From NCBI RefSeq assembly GCF_009914755.1, contig NC_060943.1: DNA of 64,000 nucleotides; one strand, written 5' to 3'. Below are positions 48,660 to 64,000 of the stretch, in pieces. Position numbers and translations under genes: made by a program. The stretch's first letter is position 1. Every line of letters begins with the position of its first letter. Under the pieces are notes generated by a model. The model did not search any database, was not told the DNA's origin, and saw nothing but the letters and a program-made list of their open reading frames with translations. Origin of the DNA: the human T2T-CHM13v2.0 reference genome, Homo sapiens.

Positions 48660-50093
48660 ATGACAGAGAAATTCCTTTTCCTTTATCTTTCCCTCCTTCC
48701 CATGCCCCTACTCTCACAGGCACAGTGGAATGAAAATTCCCTTGTCAGTTTTTCCAAAATAATTGCTTCGGGAAACCATCTAAGCAACTGTTGGATCTGC
48801 CACAACTTCATCACCAGGTCCTCATCTTACCAATATATTTTGGTAAGAAATTTTTCTTTAAACCTAACATTTGGTTCAGGAATCCCTGAAGGCCAACATA
48901 AATCTGTTCCGCTCCAGGTTTCGCTTGCTAACTCAGCGCACCAAGTCCCCTGCCTGGATCTCACTCCACCTTTCAATCAAAGCTCTAAAACTTCTTTCTA
49001 TTTCTACAACTGCTCTTCTCTAAACCAAACCTGTTGTCCATGCCCTGAAGGACACTGTGACAGGAAGAACACCTCTGAGGAGGGATTCCCCAGTCCCACC
49101 ATCCATCCCATGAGCTTCTCCCCAGCAGGCTGCCACCCTAACTTGACTCACTGGTGTCCAGCTAAACAAATGAACGATTATCGAGACAAGTCACCCCAAA
49201 ACCGCTGTGCAGCTTGGGAAGGAAAAGAGCTAATCACATGGAGGGTTCTATATTTGCTTCCCAAGGCACACACTGTCCCCACATGGCCAAAATCTACTGT
49301 TCCCCTGGGAGGGCCTCTATCCCCTGCATGCAATCAAACTATTCCAGCAGGGTGGAAATCGCAGTTACACAAGTGGTTCGACAGCCACATCCCCCGGTGG
49401 GCCTGTACCCCTCCTGGCTATGTATTTTTATGTGGGCCACAAAAAAATAAACTGCCCTTTGATGGAAGTCCTAAGATAACTTATTCAACCCCCCCTGTGG
49501 CAAACCTCTACACTTGCATTAATAACATCCAACATACGGGAGAATGTGCTGTGGGACTTTTGGGACCACGGGGGATAGGTGTGACCATTTATAACACCAC
49601 CCAACCCAGACAGAAAAGAGCTCTGGGTCTAATACTGGCAGGGATGGGTGCGGCCATAGGAATGATCGCCCCATGGGGAGGGTTCACTTATCATGATGTC
49701 ACCCTCAGAAATCTCTCCAGACAAATAGACAACATAGCTAAGAGTACCAGAGATAGCATCTCTAAACTCAAGGCCTCCATAGATTCTCTAGCAAATGTAG
49801 TCATGAACAACAGATTGGCCTTAGATTACCTCTTAGCAGAGCAGGGTGGAGTCTGTGCAGTGATCAGTAAATCCTGTTGCATTTATGTCAATAACAGTGG
49901 GGCGATAGAGGAGGATATAAAAAAGATCTATGATGAGGTTACGTGGCTCCATAACTTTGGAAAAGGTGATTCAGCAGGGTCCATTTGGGAGGCTGTGAAG
50001 TCTGCCCTCCCCTCCCTCACATGGTTTGTCCCTTTACTGGGACCAGCTGCACTTAATAGCCTGCTTTCTCCTCTTTGGCCCTTGTCTCTATAA
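48660..50093 (+). CDS. ERVV-1: Endogenous retrovirus group V member 1 Env polyprotein, 477 aa (C-terminally truncated)
   Basis: Signal peptide MTEKFLFLYLSLLPMPLLSQA, SU CWIC motif, furin site RQKR, fusion peptide ALGLILAGMGAAIGMIAPWGGF, ISD VMNNRLALDYLLAEQGGVC and CX6CC (CAVISKSCC). A frameshift within the membrane-spanning segment truncates the protein. Confidence 0.95.
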   Translation: MTEKFLFLYLSLLPMPLLSQAQWNENSLVSFSKIIASGNHLSNCWICHNFITRSSSYQYILVRNFSLNLTFGSGIPEGQHKSVPLQVSLANSAHQVPCLDLTPPFNQSSKTSFYFYNCSSLNQTCCPCPEGHCDRKNTSEEGFPSPTIHPMSFSPAGCHPNLTHWCPAKQMNDYRDKSPQNRCAAWEGKELITWRVLYLLPKAHTVPTWPKSTVPLGGPLSPACNQTIPAGWKSQLHKWFDSHIPRWACTPPGYVFLCGPQKNKLPFDGSPKITYSTPPVANLYTCINNIQHTGECAVGLLGPRGIGVTIYNTTQPRQKRALGLILAGMGAAIGMIAPWGGFTYHDVTLRNLSRQIDNIAKSTRDSISKLKASIDSLANVVMNNRLALDYLLAEQGGVCAVISKSCCIYVNNSGAIEEDIKKIYDEVTWLHNFGKGDSAGSIWEAVKSALPSLTWFVPLLGPAALNSLLSPLWPLSL

Positions 50094-50389
50094 TTCACTA
50101 ATTAAATATGTCTCTTCCAGGATATGGCAATTTCACACAGAGCCCCTAAAAATGGAAAGAGATCATCCAATCTTCCTTGGAGGTCCCAGCACCTACAAGT
50201 ACATATCTCCCTTGGATGCCAGTGGGCAAAGATTCTGCAACTACGGAGGGGCTCCTTCCCTGACAGAGAGCAAGAGAGGGAGACCCTGATGACTTCTTCG
50301 TCCCACGTCAGCAGGAAGTAGTTACAGAAGACCCACGACGTCCTTATGCCCAAAGCTTTTCAGGGTCTCCAACTCTTGAGGGGGAATAC

Positions 50390-51755
<1,366 letters not shown>

Positions 51756-52907
51756 AAGGTCTTTGTGCAATCCCTCCTGAAGAAGCAATGGAGGATTTAG
51801 TATATCTAAACTAGTAAATACAAACTGTACTCAATTATCCAAGAAATCATTGAAGAAACACTCTTTACTCCATTTTTTATATCTTGGGAAAAATATAATT
51901 AAAGACAAAATAATATTTGCCAAACCCAGAAATCCTCACCAAAAAGGAAAAAAATAAATAAACAATCCCAGTTGGTGGCTGGTGAATGCTTCTACCTTAA
52001 TCAATACATGTTTTGAATGTGTCAGCTTCTTTTTGCTCATAAGTGACTCCACAGAATCTAGTCTTTGCTTTGCCCTCTAGACAAGGAATACAGAATTTTT
52101 AAATCTTATCAGAAACATATAAATTGTTTGGTTTTGCACAATATTTACTAATTTTCTCCACTCATCCACTGTGGAGTCATAGCACAAAATGAGGCACCAC
52201 CCTCTCGTATTGCAACTAAAACAGACTGAGCTTCTGCTCCATAACCATAAACAGTAATAGCAATACTAATTGAAAGATGAAGTAATTTTACGTAAGTAGG
52301 TATAAAACTGATAATTCATTGTTATTTTCAGTTTTACAATAAGTGGGAATTACATAGAATAAATCTTTCTCTCTCTCTCTTTCTATTTCTGACAGTCCCG
52401 CTCTGTCGCACAGGCCAAAGTGCCATGGGGTGACCTCAGCTTACTGCAACCTCCGCTTCCTGGGTTCAAGTAACTCTTGTGCCTCAGTCTCCTGAGTAGC
52501 TGGGATTGCAGGTGTACACCACCTTGCTTGGCTAATTTTTGTATTTTTCATAGAGATGAAATTTCACTATGTTGGCCAGAGTGGTCTCAAACTCCCAACC
52601 TCAGATGATCAGCCTGCCTTGGTCTCCCAAGGTGCTGGGATTACAGGCATGAGCCACCACACCCAACGGAGTTTTCACTCATTTACTTTAATCATCATGG
52701 GTTAGAGATATAGCTTTTAAAAATGTAATTGAATATACCCTTACAGTTAGGATCTAAAAAGAGCATTTCCTCTATTAATGTTTATTAAATAATATGGTGG
52801 AACTCAGACTTGCTCTGTTGCCCAAGTTGGAGTGCAGTGGCATGATCTTGGCTCAATGCAATCTCTACCTCATGGGTTTAAGTGATTCTCGTGCCTCAGC
52901 CTCCTGA

Positions 52908-53229
<322 letters not shown>

Positions 53230-54199
53230 TGAGTAGCTGGGATTACAGGCATGTGCCACCATGCCTAATTTTGTATTTTTAGTAGAGATGGGGTTTCTCC
53301 ATGTTAGTCAGGCTGGTCTTGAACTCCCGACCTCAGGTGATCTGCCCGTCTCAGCTTCCCAAAGTGCTGGGATTACAGGCGTGAGCCATCGTGCCCAGCA
53401 ATTTTTTCTATCTGAATTTCTTCCGTACTAATCAGCTTGTGATAGACACATGGTTTCTGAAACAGAAAAGTGCAAGGGCTTTTTATGAGCAGGGTGTGGA
53501 AGACTACCAGTAACAAATGCTTTGGCATAAGTGATGAGTGAGAAGGGGAGTGAGAGTCTCTACTGTCCTACCTACTAATTGTGCTTTGGGAATTTGGATT
53601 GAAAAAAGCCACCTTAATGGTGTTTGGTTATCATTTATTCTCCCCCACCTGGCAGGAAATAAGGACAGGGTCCCCAAAGCTGCTAGGGCACTTAGGGTGG
53701 ATATGAAACATTAAAATATGAAACATTAAAACTTCACTTGCTTGAAACCAGAGCAGCCACCAAGCTGCTCAAAATTACTGCCAATGATGTCTTGCTTCCT
53801 GGCATTCAGAAACCTTCTCCTTCTCTACCCCTGACTCTTCCTTCCCTCTCTATCCCAATCTCAATCACCTTAAGGAAGAGCTGAGTATCCTGAAAAATTT
53901 GAAAGGAAAAAAGAGATTCAAACTTTTGTAGCTCTCTTGGTAAGAGGTGCCCCAATCACCTTCCGAGGAGAAATGCTTTGTAGGAGTGTCTCAAACCACC
54001 AAGACCTGTGGGACCAAGCACATATGGGGCCCATAGGAAGAAGCCACTGAGCCTCAGGATCCTCCAGATGCTGGGAGGTACATGGAGCAGCAGGCAGCAT
54101 TATGCTTGTATCAAGCACCCAAGGAGAAAACAAGGCCACTGAGCTGCCCCAGCCTTCCCTGACATGATTGTCTCCTATGGCCCTGGGTTTGTTTGGAGA

Positions 54200-58795
<4,596 letters not shown>

Positions 58796-59436
58796 TCTAT
58801 AATTGACAATTCTTGTCTCCCATCTTGCTCTTTCTTCTTAAATTTCCTTGGCTATTCCCTCCAAGATGATGTTGGATAAGAGGAGACTAGAAGCTCCTTA
58901 GTGTCATTTCTGACTTTAGTGTGACTTTCTGTAACATGTCCCAGATGTTTGTCAATTTGATGAAGATATATCACTTCCTAGTTCACTATTTTTAGGTAAC
59001 ATTATTTCCTGTTAAATACTGCCAATTTTTTTTGCATTTATGAATGTGGGCACCTTATTTTTCTCTCAACATAGAGAGACCCCATCTCTACAAAAAAATA
59101 CAAAAATCAGCCAGGCATGGTGGCACATGCCTTTGGTCCCAGCTATTCAGGAGACTGAGATGAGAGGATCATGTGAACCTGGGAGAGGGAGGTTGCAGTG
59201 AGTGAGTCAAGATCATGAACGCTGCACTCCAGCCTGGGTGACAGAATGAGACCCTGCATGAAAAAAAAAGACTGCATGGCATTGGTGGGGAGTGATATAT
59301 ATATCCATGGAACAGAATAGAGAATGCACAAATATTTTCCTTTCAACTGATATTTGATAAAGATACCAAAGCAGGCTAGGTATGGTGGCTCACGCCTGTA
59401 ATCCCAGCACTTTGGGAGGCCGAGGCAGGCAGATCA

Positions 59437-59748
<312 letters not shown>

Positions 59749-59959
59749 TCAATCTGCACCTAAATTTGACACTCATTCAAAAAGGACCATGTTGTGAAAT
59801 GCAAAATAAAGAAACCATCAAATGTTAATCTATCAAGAATTAGAAAAACATACTGTAAACTAATTGGGAACAAGCACACCAAAGAGTTCATAGATATGAC
59901 ACCAAAAGCATGGAAAAAAATGATAAATGAAACTGCGTCAAGTTAAAACTTCTGGTCTG

Positions 59960-60793
<834 letters not shown>

Positions 60794-61136
60794 CTATGTC
60801 TCCAGAAAAAAAAAAGACAGAAAAAAGAAACAACCCAGAGCACAGGAAAAGGGAAGACGCCTGTGTGGCTGGAACAGACGGAGTGAGCGCTCACTAGCAG
60901 GAGATAAGGTCAGAGATGTCCTGGGGAAGCAGATCAGATAGGGACAAGGTCTTCAAACAACTCTCCCACACCACAAAAGAAATTGGAAATGATTTATTTC
61001 CTCACCTGTTTTAAGTAAACATTTAACTTTTTTCTTTCTCGTAGAAGAGAAAGTGATCAACTGTACCACATACTACCAAAAGGAAGAGAAAGATGAGGAC
61101 AGGAAGTTAAATATTGCATTTAAAAATGGGGAGGTT

Positions 61137-61296
61137 CTCTGGGCGCAGTGGCTCACATCTGTAATCCCAGCTCTCAGGGAGGCAGAGGCGAGAGGATAGC
61201 TAGAGCCCAGGAGTTCGAGACCCGCCTGGGCAATATAGCAAGACCCCGTTGTTCTCCACAAAAAGCAAAAAAAAAAAAAAGACAAAAAAAAGTGTA
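61137..61296 (+). pseudogene. BC200 (BCYRN1) RNA retropseudogene
   Basis: Monomer with BC200-diagnostic tracts CCCAGCTCTCAGGGAGGC, GGATAGCT, GGGCAATATAGC and GACCCCGTT(GTT)CTCC, plus the A-rich tail AAAAGACAAAAAAAAGTGTA. 16-bp TSD taaaaatggggaggtt at 61121-61136 and 61591-61606. Confidence 0.85.
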
Positions 61297-61708
61297 GGCC
61301 AGGTGTGGCGACTCACGCTTGTAATCCCAGCACTTTGGGAGGCCAAGGCGGGCAGATCATGAGGTCAAGAGATCGAGACCGTCCTGGCAAACATGGTGAA
61401 ACCCCACCTCTACTGAAAATACAAAAATTAGTTGGGCGTGGTGCGCGTGCCTGTAGTTCCAGCTACTCAGGAGGCTGAGGCAGGAGAATTGCTTGAACCT
61501 GGGAGGCGGAGGTTGCAGTGAACCGAGATGCACCACTGCACTCCCGCCTGCGCGACAGAGCAACTCTCAAAAAACAAAAAAAAAAAAGTGTAAAAATGGG
61601 GAGGTTGGCTGGGCTCAGTGACTCACACCTGTAATCCCAGTACTTTGGGAGGCCAAAGTGGGCAAATCACAATCACCTTAGGTCAGGAGTTTGAGACCAG
61701 CCTGGCTA

Positions 61709-62281
<573 letters not shown>

Positions 62282-62474
62282 TCACCATGTTGGCCAGTCT
62301 GGTTTCAAACTCCTGATCTCAGGTGATCCACCCGCCTTAGCCTCCCAAAGTGCTGAGATTACAGGCGTAAACCACTGTGCCTGGCCACGAGTATGACATT
62401 CTCAAAGGGGCTCAGAAGAGGGGAATTACCATAGAGGGAAATATAGTTACCACTAATTTTTGTTTTAAAGATGG

Positions 62475-63447
62475 TGAAGGGGGCCTGCCCCTCCACACCT
62501 GTGGGTATTTCTCGCAAGGTGGAGATGAGAGACTGAGAAAAGAAATAAGACACGGAGCCTTGGGCCCAGGGGACCGGCGCTCAGCATACGAAGGACCCGC
62601 ACCGGCACTGGTCTCTGAGTTCCCTCAGTATTTATTGATCACTATCTCTACTATCTCAGCAAGGGGGATGTGGCAGGACTATAAGGTAATGGTGGGGAGA
62701 GGGTCAGCAGGAAAACATGTGAGCAAAGGACTCTGTGTCATAAATAAGTTTAAGGAAAGGTGCTGTGCCTCAATGTGCATGTAGACCAGATTTATGTTTG
62801 ACTTTACACAAGCATCTCAGTGCAGTAAAGAGCAGTATTGCCCCCAGCATGTCTCACCTCCAGCCATAAGGCAGTTTTCTCCTATCTCAGCAAATAGAAT
62901 GTATGATCAGGTTTTACACCGAGACATTCCATTCCCAGGGATGAGCAGGAGACAGATGCTTTCCTCTTATCTCAACTGCAAAGAGGCCGTCCTCTTTCAC
63001 TAATCCTCCTCAGCACATACCCTTTACGGGTGTTGGGCTGGGGGATGGTCAGGTCTTTCCCTTCCCATGAGGCCATATCTCAGGCTATGTCAGTGGGGGG
63101 GAAACCTTGGACAATGCCCAGGCTTTCTCAGGCAGAGGTCCCTGCGGCCTTCCGCAGTGCATTGTGTCCCCGGGTACTCGAGACTGGAGAATGGTGATGA
63201 CTTTTACCAAGCATACTGCCTGCAAACACATTTTAACAAAGCACATCCTGCACAGCCCTAAATCCATTAAATCTTGAGTCAACACAGCATATGTTTCTGC
63301 GAGCACAGGGTTGGAGCTAGGGTTACAGATTAACAGCATCTCAAGGCAGAAGAATTTTTCTTAGAACAGATCAAAATGGAGTTTCTTATGTTTTCCTTTT
63401 TCTACATAGACAAAGTAACAGTCTGACCTATCTTTCTTCCCCCAACA
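62475..63447 (-). mobile_element. HERV-K(HML-2) solo LTR (LTR5A/LTR5B-like)
   Basis: 973 bp. Reverse complement starts TGTTGGGGGAAGAAAGATAGGTCAGACTGTTACT and ends GGAGGGGCAGGCCCCCTTCA. Perfect 6-bp TSD AGATGG at 62469-62474 and 63448-63453. Confidence 0.9.
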
Positions 63448-63733
63448 AGATGGGTGAGCAGAAGGGAAAAAATGGCTTTATTCTGTATGTGTGCATGTGT
63501 GTTTATGTGTCTTTTAAAGGAGAAGACCATCATTGGAGTATGCTGATGAAAATAATTCCCTTGAGCCTGGCGCGGTGGCTCATGCCTGTAATCCCAGCAC
63601 TTTGGGAGGCCAAGGCAGGTGGATCACGAGGTCAGGAGTTCGAGACCAGGCTGACCAACATGGTGAAACTCCATCTCTACTAAAAATACAAAAATTAGCC
63701 GGGCTTGGTGGCACGTGCCTGTAATCTCAGCTA

Positions 63734-63866
<133 letters not shown>

Positions 63867-64000
63867 TTAGTCTTCACTTGTGAAATAGATTTGTGAAGGG
63901 AGCACCTGCATCCTTGGAGAGCTCTGTGATTGATCTTCTCTGTATGCCAGATCTTACAATGGGAACCAGTCACTCAATTGAAAAACTTAAATGCAGTGGG

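Overview
Human (primate) genomic DNA, very Alu-rich, matching the 19q13.41 KRAB-zinc-finger cluster. The locus was identified from recognised sequences, not from a database search. Left half: a minus-strand C2H2-ZNF pseudogene (ZNF702P-like). It has a CpG-island promoter with a perfect 46-bp tandem repeat, dead start codons, no visible KRAB-A exon and a stop-riddled finger exon. Its first intron holds a 5'-truncated HML-6 (HERV-K3/LTR3) provirus, and an RPL39 retrocopy and an HSMAR2 fragment lie downstream. Right half: an ARPC1A processed pseudogene, then the HERV-V1 provirus (~40996-51755, tRNA-Val PBS). Its LTRs are very diverged and pro/pol is destroyed, yet three long ORFs stay open: a 326-codon leader (pre-gag) ORF, a 483-aa Gag and the 477-aa ERVV-1 Env. 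This looks like a co-opted multi-gene retroviral unit, with a splice acceptor directly on the gag ATG and asymmetric poly(A) signals. Other nested retroelements: an Alu/snaR-related (ASR-like) element inside pol, a deleted MER41 inside the 5' LTR, a twin-primed L1 with a 3' transduction, a BC200 retrocopy and a solo LTR5. Most short ORFs in the ORF track are Alu artefacts.
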